DNA of 63,366 bases, filler included, from Folioceros fuciformis (GCA_049999805.1; 17 parts of 17 records of this genome joined end to end with filler, not necessarily neighbours in it); one strand, 5' to 3'; positions 1 to 13,100 are shown, counted from the first letter of the whole stretch. The notes: generated from the letters alone by a model not told the origin. Translations and numbers: made by a program.

Positions 1-509
1 ACAAGTCATGTGCCGTGTGTTTCTTTCTCCTTAACAAGTCCACCTTACTGGACATCAATAAAGGTATTATTATTATTAATTATTTAAAAATATGAAATTA
101 TTTACATGTACGACTAGTTTGATTCAAGCTTAGATGCAATCAACTTCAATGCTTTTCAAAAGGCTGGTTAAGGGTAGAACTTCTTCAGGGATTTGGCATC
201 CTTTATGACTTAATGTCATAACAAGTTGCAAAGTCGTGATTATTAACATTAGAAGTCCTAAGGTTCCAACTTCATTATGATCTGTTTAGAAGAAGAAGAA
301 GAATCCTTAAAATTGTTCAACAATGCTCTATGGGACAACTACGGCAATTCTGATCACTTTTGGAAAGCATTCTTGAAATGGCTTCTATGATAGAAGTTCC
401 TCCTTCACCACGAATACTACTAACAACACACAAGCAACACTAATGACTCAAATTCGATTTACATGGAATAAGTTAAAACATTATTTGTGTTGATCAATGT
501 TTTAAAGAA

Positions 510-3500
510 ATGCCCCCCAAGAAAGCAGACAAAAGTGCACAAGATTCTAGTAAAGGTGATGCAAAGAAAGGTGCAAAGAAGAAGGGAGACAAACAAGAAG
601 AAGAGGAATTGCCAACAGTGTTTAGGCATCTTGATATTCCATATGTTGAAAATCAGCACCTCAAGTTTGCGGGTGATAAAGAACTTCTTTACCAATATGG
701 GAAGGCTCTATCCAGACCAGTATCTCCTGAAATTGTGCTATGTTGTCTTACAAACTCGTATGAAGGAGAGACAATGGAGAACGGAATGCCTGATGGGAAT
801 GGGAAAGCAACCTTGATTGATGGGCACCAATATGAAGGCACTTTCAAAAATGGTCTCTTGCATGGAACTGGTGCATTGAAATGGAGTGATGGCTCTTCAT
901 ATGTAGGAGAGTTTTCATGCAACACAATCACTGGGAAAGGGAAATATGAGTGGCCTGAACATAGCGCCAAATTTGAGGGGGAGGTATGTTTAATTTGCTT
1001 TTTGTTCAACCCACAAAGATAGGTACTAGGTCTTCACTACATGATCATTCATTAAGTTAGTGAATCATGTAAATTGATACAGGTGTTAGATGGATGGCCA
1101 CATGGACAAGGCATTTTAGACTCGGGAAATGATGGGCACCGAGTTTATGAAGGAAGCTGGGAAAATGGCCTCAAACATGGACAAGTAACATAGTCATTCA
1201 TTCTGTCTTGACAAGAATATGGAAAGAATCACAAATATGCAAACTGAACTAGGAATTCTTTCACCTAGCCTTGGGCAGTTTTGATCATATACAAGTTTGT
1301 GATTTCTTCAACAAAACCTTAACCTTTTCTCCGTTGTGATCTAGGGGAAGCTTGCTTATGGTGACAAAGGAGTTTACATTGGAGAATGGTCCAAGGACCA
1401 TAAAAATGGACAAGGTCAATTCAACCATACATCTGGGAGTAGCTACTTAGGCCAATATCTAGAAAGCAAAATGCATGGCAAGGGCCGAGGTACTCTCATG
1501 AGTTCACAAGTTGCCAGTAGCTTTGAATCCCTAGCAGCAAAAGATATGCGAAGAACACTCCCAGGATTTGGTGTCCCTAATCTTCATATCTACGAGGGAG
1601 ATTGGGTTGCAAGCCTTCCTCATGGAAAGTACGTAGTTCGAAGCTTTCATCGACTCCACTAGGGAGTAGTTTAGATCTAGGAAATATCTCTGCGTGTTTG
1701 TGTGTTTTTCCAATATTGCTTCCTTTGCCTTTCTTCTTCAACACACATGTATCAGAATCGAGTGTCAATCTTAAGCACTTGTGAATGGCCAGGGGTAAGA
1801 GTGTGTGGTTGTGGAAGGGTACAAAAGAGAGCACAAATTTGCTTCTCAACTTCTATGTTGGAGAGTTTAAAAATGGTTTGCGACATGGACATGGAACCTT
1901 TAACTATGCATCTGGTGCAGTATTTCAGGTAGAATAGGTAAATGCATATATGTTGAGGATGTGGGCTTGAGTCTTCACATTTCGAGGTGAATGCATGATT
2001 CACTCACAATGTTCAGGGATCATGGAAATCAAATGTGAAAAGTGGTCCAGGAGTATTAACGTATGAGACAGGTAGCATTCATAGTGGGCTCTTTGAAGAT
2101 GATCATTATGATCCTCTAGTGAACTACAATACAACATTAAAAGAGGTACGCATTTGGATACAAGAAAGAAAATTAGAAAGATGTAGCAGGCATGTTAATT
2201 GTGTTGTGACTAATTGTTGTTGTTACGGCTTACTGCCAGCCCCTTGATTTGCTCATGCCCCCACATGATCTTAAGAATCCTTTAGGGGTGAAGCAAGTCA
2301 AACAAGGAGTTATTAATGCTTTGTTAAGGAAGAACAACTACTTACATGAGGTGTATGGCATATACAGGTATTATAATTCTAAGAAATTAAATTATGAAGT
2401 TTATAACCTCATTAAAATTTGTATTAATGCTGATCATTTCAAATGTTGCATGAATGTAAAGCACAATAACAAGGAAAGCACCAACTGGAGCATTGGTCGA
2501 TAGAGGTGGGCGATGTAGGGCAATGCTACTAGGAAGTTTTTGGAAACTTTGTCACTATGGTCATGTAAGTTTTAATTCAACATTTGTGTTGGAATTGTCT
2601 TAGTTTTGTTGATTAAGATGTGGTAGTGAGATTAATCATAATGTTCGTTGAGGGCTTGAAAACCAAACCTTTTGTTTGTGCACAATACTGGGTTTTGAGT
2701 GAGGTTTGTAAACATGGACAGGTTGTAATCATCTCGACTTCTGAATTTGAGGGAGGGCTCTAGATTGTGGAGCAAGGATTAGGATTAGCAACCATTGATC
2801 AAATGGTGGTTCCATCCTCGTGGAATGCTTGGGATACTGTTTCCGACATCCATAGTTCTGTAAGTGCAATTGATTGATTTAGAAGCTTGGTGTGGAGATC
2901 CAATGTTGTTATTAGCTAATATGAGTTCAATAATCTCATTGGTGTTAAGGTATGCAGGATAGAAGAATCATATTTAGGGAATTCCTGGAATCATTGGTGA
3001 AGATTGCATGCATTAAGAATGTAGAAGCAGAGGTGTCCATGGAGATGAAGGTATTTTCTCCTTGACGGATGTGATTGCTATTTGCTCAATTTGAATGAAT
3101 AGATTGCTTAAAACTTTTAGACAATCTAACCTTAATAGAGATAGGTGGAGAGATTACTGAATGATTCCATCATCCCTCTGGCTTCAAGCCCTCCTGGTGA
3201 CGATCTGCCCTATGCTATGGTAGAGAATTCAGCTGTTCAAAAGCTTCTAGATGATTATAGGATTGTATTGACAAAACTGTTTACAAGTCTACTTCTTTCC
3301 TCTGAGACTAGTGATTTCACCATCACATTACGAGCCTTAATGCACTTTCTGCAGGTTGGTTACAATAAGACTGTGATGTTCACAACTTAGCATTTCATTG
3401 CTTCATGACTCCAATCTTGCAAATCAATTTCAAGCTCTACATGCCTTCTTGTACAGCATTATCGCAAGGATAAAGGAACTTTTGGAAAGCCAAGGAAACA

Positions 3501-4369
3501 ACCTCCCAAGGAATCAGAGAAGAAAGGGTCCAAAGATGAAAAAGGTAAAAAGCAGGAGGATAAGGATGACTTAGACAAGAACTCAAAAGCTTCTTCTAAG
3601 GAAGAATACCAGAAGTCGAAAGCTTCTTCCAAGGATGAAAGTAGGAAGTCGAAAGCTTCAATCAAAGATGATGAAAAGAATTCTAAAGCTTCTTCCAAAG
3701 AAGATGGGTCAGCAAACAGCAACAAGAAACAAAGCAAATCAAAGCCTTCAACACCAGATAAATCAAAGCAAACTATATCAGACATTGATGATGCTAAATC
3801 AAGCAAATCGTCCAAGTCTTCAAAGCTAGGAAAGGATGGTAAAGAGATTGCTACTAAAGAAACTCCCACAGATAGGTATCTAATCTAAGCATACATTAAA
3901 TTTATCACCATTTTCCCCCCTTCTTTCCAATACTACAACAGAGAGTTTATTCTCATCTCTAAACAAATTCATTAAATTATCCTTCACTAAAATAACATGT
4001 ACATCACTACAATTCAACCCAACTTACTTTAGGGTAATTAATGTAACATAAATTGATCAGGGTGGTTGCAAATATCTGCTGTGCATTATTTTTCATGGAG
4101 CCAATTAGTGAAGAGCAAAGTGATCCATTTTATGATGCTAACATGAATTTTCGAGAGTTTGAGCTGGCTCTTTGTCGCTTCACTAATATGGTATATTTTA
4201 CAAGCATTTCTTATTTAATCTAATCCTATATCTTAAATCAATAAAATGACATCAATCTGTTTCGTGATTAGGATAAACCCATGAGTGAGTTGGTAGGACC
4301 ACAAGACTTTCTTCGTGCTTTTATTGAAGATCATCTTGTCCCACTTTTGACTCCTCCCCCACCGGTAGA
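510..4369 (+). CDS. RSPH10B: MORN-repeat protein, radial spoke head 10 (RSPH10B)-like; multi-exon, 3'-truncated at contig end
   Basis: ATG at 510. Tandem MORN motifs (YEGTFKNGLLHGTG, YVGEFSCNTITGKG, YEGSWENGLKHGQ, YEGDWVASLPHGK, YVGEFKNGLRHGHG) stay in frame across GT-AG introns. The C-terminal helical region has 'MLLGSFWKLCH', 'IIFREFLESLVRIA' and 'MNFREFELALCR', as in the RSPH10 family. Confidence 0.75.
3580..3711 (+). repeat. 4 x 33-bp coding tandem repeat (11-aa unit xSKAS[S/I]K[D/E][D/E]xx)
   Basis: Units start at 3580, 3613, 3646 and 3679, each with a core aaagcttc. Confidence 0.9.
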
Positions 4370-4469
4370 NNNNNNNNNNNNNNNNNNNNNNNNNNNNNNN
4401 NNNNNNNNNNNNNTTAATTAATTAANNNNNNNNNNNNNNNNNNNNNNNNNNNNNNNNNNNNNNNNNNNN
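4370..4469. other. Artificial contig linker N44-TTAATTAATTAA-N44. The same linker starts at 5699, 9301, 15592, 16995, 23203, 25626, 30173, 33230, 34882, 48275, 53079, 55514, 56852, 58489 and 61009.
   Basis: Identical 100-bp construct with stops in all six frames, repeated 16 times; genes are cut at its edges. Confidence 0.99.
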
Positions 4470-4698
4470 CCACTGCACTGTGCGTAGCGGATGCAGAGGG
4501 GGCAAGGGTGGAGAGACCGGAAGCGCCGAGCAGAGGAGGAAGAAGAAACGTACGAGACGCCCCAGTACCCAGTCCCGATGAGGCAGCAGGCCGAGCTAGG
4601 AGCCGCCGGGGGCAGCACAGCCAGCTGCAGCGCAATCTCTGCGTCTCTGGGTTTGTGGGCAGCAGGGAGGGAGGGAGAGAGACTCTGGACACCGCTGC
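4470..4698 (-). CDS. Possible N-terminal exon of an organelle-targeted protein (transit-peptide-like), truncated
   Basis: S/R/L/P/A-rich open frame (AVSRVSLPPSLLPTNPETQRLRCSW...) after a polypyrimidine-AG acceptor; no domain is visible. Confidence 0.25.
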
Positions 4699-7338
4699 TA
4701 CAGGAAAAGGGGTACAAAGGGTAGAAGGGGAAATAGCAGAAGGTCTCCGGCTCCAGCTGCAGGGATAGGAAGGTGGCAGGAGTCAGGGGACACGGTTGCG
4801 GTGCGAAAAGGAGTGCGTTGCACATATCTCGCATAAACAATAGAGATGGCTTAGAAGAGAAGGCAGATTGGTCCCGACTCCAAGCCACCTGGTTGAGGAG
4901 TGCACCCCTAGCCTGCACGCAGAAGCATTCGCACAAGCCGCCACCCCACTCACTCCGAGCAATACCGTGATACAAGCCAAGCGGGGAGATGGAATTAGAA
5001 AATGCACAAGGCAATAAGCACATGCAAAGATGCACCCCACGACACTGCAGCCATAAAAGTCACATGGGCGTGTCCGACACCCCCTATTTCTAGCCCTGCT
5101 CATGGCCTGTGTCCCTCGGACTCCCTCGGATCCCAGTTCCAACAACACATCGCAATCAATCTCATCTTCCCCACACAGATTTTTTTTTTTTTTTTTCTTT
5201 CCAATCTTTTATGCCTTGATGGAGGAAAAGGCTTTGATCGGGACGCATTGCCCATCCACGCTTTCAGCGCCTTGGAGGTCACAATCACTTTGTTCATAAC
5301 AATCTTTTCATTAACTTTGCATATATACGAACATGTGTCGAATATCTTTTTTGTCCATGGATCAATATCTTGGTCGTGACAATCAAATCGAACAATCTTG
5401 GAGATGTTTTGAACATTGGTTGTCACGATCAAGTCAAGCTATCTCAAAGACATTTCCAACCTTTACTCTATGTCTCCATCACATTGGATCTTTCCAACTC
5501 AAGCTAGATGACATCCAGCACCTTTACAATGTAGACTTGGTACCATATTTGTTGATACTTGAACATATGTGTATCATATATATATATATCTATCCTAAAA
5601 AGAAAGGTCAATTATCAAAAGAGAGAGAGGATTTACTGCTCTTAGTTGAAGTAGGTGGGCTGTGGGCGTCATTGAAGGGAGGTACGAAGAGAATGTAGNN
5701 NNNNNNNNNNNNNNNNNNNNNNNNNNNNNNNNNNNNNNNNNNTTAATTAATTAANNNNNNNNNNNNNNNNNNNNNNNNNNNNNNNNNNNNNNNNNNNNAA
5801 AAAAAAACATTAACCTTACCATGCCATTCTCTGATATGGTATCATTTGCTCCTGGAGTGAAGAATGACTTGATTCCCGTAGGCACCTAAGCATATTATAT
5901 TTCATGTCTTTATTCTTGAACTCAAACCAACTACTTAAGCAAACATAAAATTTTAAGCAAACATCATAACCTACTTTTTCATGTTCTCTTTTTTTCAAGA
6001 AGATGTATTTGTCACGGTCTCGCTGACATATGTAGTTGGCAACTCCATAACTGGTGGCCAAGGTAGGCATGTTCACATCTTTGACGTTTTTGACATTCTG
6101 ATTGTACGGTTTATGAATCAGAGGTCAAGATGTCTTACAAAATGGTTCAAGATCATCAATGAAGATTGTTTCTAAGCATAGCTATTTGCACAGACTTGCC
6201 TGAGGCTTGTAACCTTTCCAGTGAGGCCAATAAGTTCGAGAATGCTGATCCAGATCAAATAAGAGCATTCGATGTTTCTCTGACTCCTGGTCTACTCGCC
6301 ACTTTGGAAGACTACTCAGCTTTCTATGAGGGGGTCCATAGTACCCAGGTAGATTGTATTTGTCATCAGCTATCTGCACATGATAAGAAATACTTGCGTT
6401 GTAACCATAGCCTGATTGGTTGCAAAAGTTTTGAGCATTGGATTATGATTTTGAAGTTCAACACAAATTTGAAGAATGCATACCAAACGCACAACAGCCG
6501 TCATGGTAGGAGTTACTACGACTTTGGAAACCCAAACTTTAGTTCAATTAAATTACAATTATTTTTAAGATACCAAATAATTAGACCAAGTTAGTCTTGT
6601 TGTACACTTTACCTTGCATGACTATCTTAAACAACATCACATAACTAGTGTACTAAGAGCCCCAATAGAAGCTTGGGTCTCATGACTTAATTCAGTTTAG
6701 AAAGTAATGCCTAACATATTGTATATGTAGCTAGAGTTAGTAACATTGTGTGAAGTGCCCAAGAAACTTAGTCTCTTTAAGTAGTTCCTCCAAGATGAAG
6801 CATCTCTGTAGTGAAGAAGCTTGTTACAAACTATGCAATTTGGTCCAATGTGGAGGACTCCAATTCCGCAAATTGGGATTTAGAATGTAAAAGAAATAGA
6901 GGCCATGATGTTTGATCTCAAATGTTGTATAGACTGAGACTCTTAGAGTGTCAAAGTTGCCAAGGGGGTTGTGTAAGACTATGGTTGTCCAGCTTGATTG
7001 AAGCAATTAGATCATCTTTGATGAGCTCCTTTTCCTAGTATATTGCTCAAAACTTCAACATAAAAAAATTTCCATCGATTATGCAGGAACTACAACCCTA
7101 CTACAAAGTAGAATCCAAATTGAAGAATCGAAATTGAAGCATTCGAATTGTTGTGTCTATTTGTGCTTTAACAATGCAGAGTTTGAAAGAAGCTAACTAC
7201 AAGGAGAGAAGTCATTTTAGCAACACCCTTCATTTACAGAGTCTCATTCAACTCACTTGTTTCAAAGTTGTTAAAAGAGGGTCTAAGAATCTACATAGGG
7301 TTTAGGGTATTACATCCCTAATATATCTAGGGTACAAT

Positions 7339-8649
7339 CTACTCCAGATAATGTTCCTCTAAGTATTCTTTTATGACACTTAAATAGTTCCTAAGTGGGA
7401 AATTTGTTCTTGCTAGAAAATAATATTTTTTCATAAAAAATCCCTCTCGTATGACTGCATGATCGTATGATATAGCTGCTTCTTTGCTTGTTACAAAGCC
7501 CCCAAGTCGTGTCTTTTTCTTACATGTCTTGTTCTCCTTACAAACATAAATGAAGGCTTTGTAAGTTGTCCTATCTTTCTTTTCACTAGCATACACTCCA
7601 ATGTATTCTGGGATCCTCTTATATTTTGCGGAGAAAATGTCAGAATCTTGTGACAATAAAAATGTGAGATAGACTTCCCAATTTGTGATAGCTTGCACGT
7701 CCGGGTGACACATCTCCTCTAAATAATTTATCGGATGAAAATTAAAATTTATGGGACTTGTGAATTTGGAGCCACATAAATACATTTTTAGCTTCATCTT
7801 GTCCACCTGTTTAGCTGGCCATGTGGGATCACTTTTTGATGTAGCCACATACAGTTGCAATCCTTTCTTCTGCCTTTGATGTTTTTCCTTCTCTGTTTGG
7901 CTATCTTGATCTGGGGATGAACTTGTGGCAATTGAATCGTTGTTCTCCTTGGTGCCCGGGACCCAAACACAACCATCATAATTATTTGTCATTTTGTGCT
8001 TTGTCACTCCGTGATAGCCAGAGTTTGAAAGTGATCTTTTGCCAATGCATGCTTTGCCTGTTCTTATCATATCTTCAAGATCTTCTTTAGTAGGACCTAA
8101 TGGTAGATGATCCACGCGAGTGCAAACCTGTGTTGAAGAGAGTTCCAACAATTTCCAAACTTGTTCTGGACCGCCCATATATGGTGCAAGTATGTCTACC
8201 ACATTGTAGTCATCTGGGTGTTTTGTCGACATATCGTAAAGATCTGTTGTTTCATTGGTTTGTCGACTTATATTGATAGAAGATTGGTCCAAAGATATAA
8301 CATCTAGAAGATGTTTCTTGGAGTGGCCATGAGAAGGTTGATTGTTTGTCGTGTCAGTCTCGTTTAGATCTATTGATTCCTTGATTAGTCGACTTTCATT
8401 GACTTCCATCTTGAGTTGCTGGCTACATTGCTGCTTTTGCTTGTTAGATATAATTTTCCGTATCTCTAATAATTGTTGCTCACAACTTATATCCTCGGCA
8501 AGGGTCCTTTCCATATCTTCGAAACACGACTTGAGTTTATCTTTCATCGATTCTTCAACCTCCTCCTCCAACATTACAGCTTCTAGAAGGGAGGTGTGTA
8601 GTCCTATCTGGGTATCCGCAGTTTGTCTCTCTCCATGATATGGATCCAT
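7339..8649 (-). CDS. Intronless, highly diverged double-AP2-domain protein (ANT/PLT/WRI-like AP2 subfamily)
   Basis: 436-aa ORF. R1 is SGYHGVTKHKMTNNYDGCVW...KKGLQLYV...INF, followed by a linker, then R2 YIGV...RLGGFVTSKEAAISYDHAVIR...ARTNFPLRNY. Confidence 0.8.
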   Translation of the reverse strand: MDPYHGERQTADTQIGLHTSLLEAVMLEEEVEESMKDKLKSCFEDMERTLAEDISCEQQLLEIRKIISNKQKQQCSQQLKMEVNESRLIKESIDLNETDTTNNQPSHGHSKKHLLDVISLDQSSINISRQTNETTDLYDMSTKHPDDYNVVDILAPYMGGPEQVWKLLELSSTQVCTRVDHLPLGPTKEDLEDMIRTGKACIGKRSLSNSGYHGVTKHKMTNNYDGCVWVPGTKENNDSIATSSSPDQDSQTEKEKHQRQKKGLQLYVATSKSDPTWPAKQVDKMKLKMYLCGSKFTSPINFNFHPINYLEEMCHPDVQAITNWEVYLTFLLSQDSDIFSAKYKRIPEYIGVYASEKKDRTTYKAFIYVCKENKTCKKKTRLGGFVTSKEAAISYDHAVIREGFFMKKYYFLARTNFPLRNYLSVIKEYLEEHYLE

Positions 8650-9400
8650 AGTTCCTTAACGTCGTAGCTCAAAAAGTACGCAAGGAAGACAAAAGAGGGC
8701 GGATGGTTGGATTGGGACCTCAAAAAGCCATAAACTTGGGATGTAGTTCAAACTCTACCAACAATTTGTGCTAAGATCACTTTCATGCTTCTACTTAGGC
8801 ACATGGTTGATGCATATATAGTAGTTGAGAAGTACCCACTTCCCCGATAACAAAAAGTTTAATAGGTTTTCTCTTATTAAATTTAAAGACTACAAAAACA
8901 TATATACATCAAAGAATATATAGAAGTCGTACATAACAATGGTACCCCTATATGTACTTGGATATGTGACAAAGATATGTGATATCCGTAACAGGATGCC
9001 AAATGGAACTATGAAGTGTGCTGGAACCATGTACATACATACATATATACAGTTAAATCGTTAAGAAAAATATCCAATAGAAATGGAGCAAATTTCAGTC
9101 CTCGTCCTTGTGTGAGGACCAAAGAGAGCATGGCTAAGGGGCGCCCGGATTGCGGTGGCACACATTTGGGAGACCTTGTGATGACGGCTTCGGGTGCACA
9201 CCGTCGATTGTGTGCGTTCTAATTGTTTCATTCAACATGCGCAGTTGGGGAAAGGAAGCAAGGGAAGGAAGATACAATGAGCGAAGAAGCAGGCCTGGTT
9301 NNNNNNNNNNNNNNNNNNNNNNNNNNNNNNNNNNNNNNNNNNNNTTAATTAATTAANNNNNNNNNNNNNNNNNNNNNNNNNNNNNNNNNNNNNNNNNNNN

Positions 9401-10140
9401 GACGCCCCCCGTCCCTCGCCCTCCGAGTAGCTCATCAGCGTCCTCCTCTCCACCAGGTGCTGATCCTCGGGGTGAGAACACCGCACCAGATAAACATTCC
9501 CGGACTCCTCCTTCCTGGTCACGCTGGTCACCGGTGTGTGAAACACATGCTTCACCGGCTGCCCGTGCCCCTCCCCCGGGAACTGGAAGATGCAGATGAA
9601 GCTGTCGCTGTCCTCCTCCGGGAGAAACCCCCGCATCCGGCGATCCCCATTCTCGGTCACCCGCACCAGCAACAGCACATCCTCCCGGAAGGTAACCACA
9701 TCCTGCACTTGATCGAGCTGGCCCAGTTGCCTGCCCTCCCGATCCGCCCGGCTCAGGCCCCGCTGGTGGTTGGACGTCGTGATCGCCAGCGCGGCCTCGC
9801 TCACAGCGCTCATCGACTGCTTCAAAGGCAGCGGCTTGCTGGTGGCGTCCATCCGGTCCGTGAGCAGGTCCTGGAAATTGGGCGCCACGGCAACTACAAC
9901 CGCAACCACAACCCCCGGAATCCCGAATCAGCACAAACATCCGAGATGGCAATTCGTGGGGACTCCGGAAATCCAACAGTCTCCTCAGGCCTGAGTTCAC
10001 TTACCTCTGGAAAACAAGGAAACGGAAGCCAACAGAAGAAGCGAGCAGCACAGCAAGACGGAGACCAGCAACATGGTGGAGGAGCGGAGTTGGAATCCCC
10101 CCAGCCCAGCTCTCCCGCTCCCACCCGTCTTCATCCTCAT
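9401..10140 (-). CDS. Type II membrane protein 5' part, probably glycosyltransferase family 92 (DUF23); truncated
   Basis: Exon 1 (10140-10005) reads MRMKTGG...MLLVSVLLCCSLLLLASVSLF, a signal anchor. A GTAAGT...TAG intron follows. Exon 2 from 9893 is in frame with 'DVVTFREDVLLLV', 'SFICIF' and 'LVRC', resembling the GT92 stem region. Confidence 0.5.
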
Positions 10141-13100
10141 GGCCGATTCCCCACCACAGCCGAGTCGGATACTAAGATCAAATCCACTGATAAGCCTAAG
10201 CTGTGACGCCCCGTTTGCCGGCCGTGTTGATCCGGCCGGCCCGCACGCCCCACCTTGGCAAAAGCCGCTGAGGCCAGGGGTGCCCGCTGCCCCAGAGCCA
10301 GCGCAGTCTGTGGGCGGCAGGCTAGGAGTACATATTATGTCGGGGGCGGCCGTAGATGCGCGCTGGGCCGGGCTGCACATGTGCAGCGCGCTAGGCAGAC
10401 TGGAGAGACGTGGGTTGTGCCTGGGGCTGGAGCTGGATCTCGGGGCAGAGTGGATTCCGTTGGTAGGTGCAGGAAAGGAGGCGGGGGCCCGACAGCACTC
10501 TGCCACTCCTGAATGTGGAGGCGGAGTAGCCTGTGCAGAATTGTGGCAGGCGTCGTCCCGGTTGCTGCCCCGGCAGTCGGAGGGAGGGAGGTGACTCGCG
10601 GGGAAGGCCAGTTCCCGTGTAGCGCAAGCAGCAAAAGGGAGCGTAGCGTGCAACACTGTGGTCCAAGACGCGGTTGCTGGCCTGGCCTGGCCTGGCCTGG
10701 CTGGCTGCCCGTCTGCTGACTGCAGTTGCAGCTGCAGCTGCAGCTGCGTGTGCGGCCCTTGTGCGAAGCGAGGTCTGCTCTTGAGACGTGATATGGAAGA
10801 GAGAGAACTGGGGAACAGGACAGGAAGCACGAAGGCTCCGTTGTGCTGTCCTCCCAGATGAGGCCTGACACCCACCCGCCCGCGTTTCCTCGCTCCTGCT
10901 TGCGCTTCCCTGGGCGTGCGGGAGGGGTCGGGGCAGTGGGGGTTCTGTGACGACCACTGAGCAACTCTCATCGCACACAGACTCTACATCAAGGACAAGC
11001 CGGGTGGTCGTACCTACTGCAGAGGCCAACGCTGCAACGGCTTCCTTTCGCCTCGGTGACGGGAGATTGCGGGGAAAGCGGGGTGGAAGGTAGCGAGAGT
11101 TGGGTGAGTGATGAGGCGACTCCCACCTCTTCACTGTTGCTGTGCCGCCACTGCTACTGTGGTCAAGAAAAGACAGCGAGGTGGGAGCCGAGGTCGGTGC
11201 CGCTTCTTCCTGCCGGTCTGCCACCACCGGCTGGCCTGCCAAGCTAGGGCCCTACTGCAGCTGGCCGAGGCCGAGGCCGGAGCCGGGGGCCCGCATCGCG
11301 TAGCGCGACTCCTGAACTTTGCAAAGAAGGGACGACGCCTTGTCCTTGGCTTTTTATGAAGAAAATGCCAAAGGCAAAAAGAGGGCCCGAAACAGGGCCC
11401 TACCCGCCCTTGTTACCGCCTCATGTGCACAACACTCAACCCTCGGTGCCGGTGCGCAAACGAGAACTTGTCATCGCAAAAGTCAGCCAGCCTCGATCAG
11501 GAGCCTGCGACTCCACGCTCGGTTCACGGCTGATGCGCGCACAAAAGCAGCAGGACGGCTGCGGACACAAATATCAGCACATCAATTTCGGGTTTGCTGC
11601 CCTTGCGCTGGACGCGGGGGAGGTGCCTGGACGTCTCATCATACATACATGATTTGGGTCTCATCAATGCGACCCGCTGATCTCACCTGTACCGCCTACC
11701 ATGTCCAACCTGTCACCAACCTTTAATCTTGCATTAACAAGGCACTTTAGGTGCATGCTTCATCTCCTCAAGGCGTTTCCTCCAGGCCCCAGGGGCCCAG
11801 CACACTACAGTAGTACTGTACATGAGGAGGGGCAAGCAAAGCAAGGCAAGGCAAGGCCAGGGAATCCACCCTACGATTCTCCGTACCGCACTTCCCTTGT
11901 ATCCACTAGCTTTCCTTCACTTCTCAACTACTGTACAGTACTAGTTCCAGCCTCACACTGGCCATTAACTTGATTAGCTAGCTAGGCTTCTCTTAAACAT
12001 TGGGATCCTCCATCTTGCAACTTGCCAACTTTTCCCTTTTGTTGTGAGATCACGACTACAAGAGGCTCCCTTCACCGCACAACGTGGCACCGTTTGCTGC
12101 GCACGGTGATAAGGCCGAGGGCACACGGCGTATGCCCCTTCATCAATCAGAATGATCCACGTGGTGTGACTGAGTGACTGTTGACACGCACCTCGGCTGG
12201 AGAAACGGGAAGAAGGGACCAGGGAGGGAGCATGGAATCTGGAGCCCAGATTCATCAAGGTGGTCACATCCGTTGTGGCATCGGCGGCATCAGGAGCCAC
12301 AAGTATGAACTGGATTGGACTGTATCCAGGCAGGCACAGCTCCCCTGATGCCTCTCCTTTCCCTTTTTTCTCATTTTCGGCAACAACGCTGGCCGGTGCC
12401 TCTCTCCCCGGACTCATGTGCCCCTCCTCATCACCCGGCCGGCATCTCGCGCTCTCGAGAAGACAAGGCTTGGGCACGGGAACAGTCCCACAGCCAAAAA
12501 TGTGTATGCTTGGGGTTACCAGGGGTATGTGAAACGAGCGCAGCATGTGAAGACACGTGACTCGATGTTGTTCCCTAACATCCGCAGGTGGCCGCCCTGC
12601 CAAATCCTGTCAGTGTCAGCGTCTGTGTCCGTGTCTGTGTCTGTCTCGGTTCGATGTATGTAAAGACATGTAATATACATTAGCAGCCTTAGCAGGTGTA
12701 CGAGAGGTGAGGGCCCGAGGCGAGGCGAGGCGCAGCGCAGCGCACTCGACATCTCAAACTCACTCATCATACCATATCATCGCCTGCTCCTGCGGCTGCA
12801 CTGCTGTGATTACAGGACTCTTGTGCTTGTGCTTGTGCAGTGCAGCAATCACTGTCCATGGTACTAAACTGCGAATGTCACCTCTCCTCGTCAAGGACGT
12901 CGACCGGAGGACGCATTCGTCACGCTCTCACACCGTCACCCCCAACTGTCGCTCCGTCTGATACATACTAATCCATGTGAAATGGACGCCCTAATGTACT
13001 ACGTGCACAGCACGCTTGTATGGCGACAGCTCCAGTGTCCACTCTTGACTGCGCTGAGGGCCAAGGCCAACTGGCCAGGAGTCCAGGACCCACACCCAGA

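Noticed and set aside
5816..6594. Coding-like fragments downstream of the AP2 ORF
   Set aside because: They are interrupted by stops and no family was recognised.
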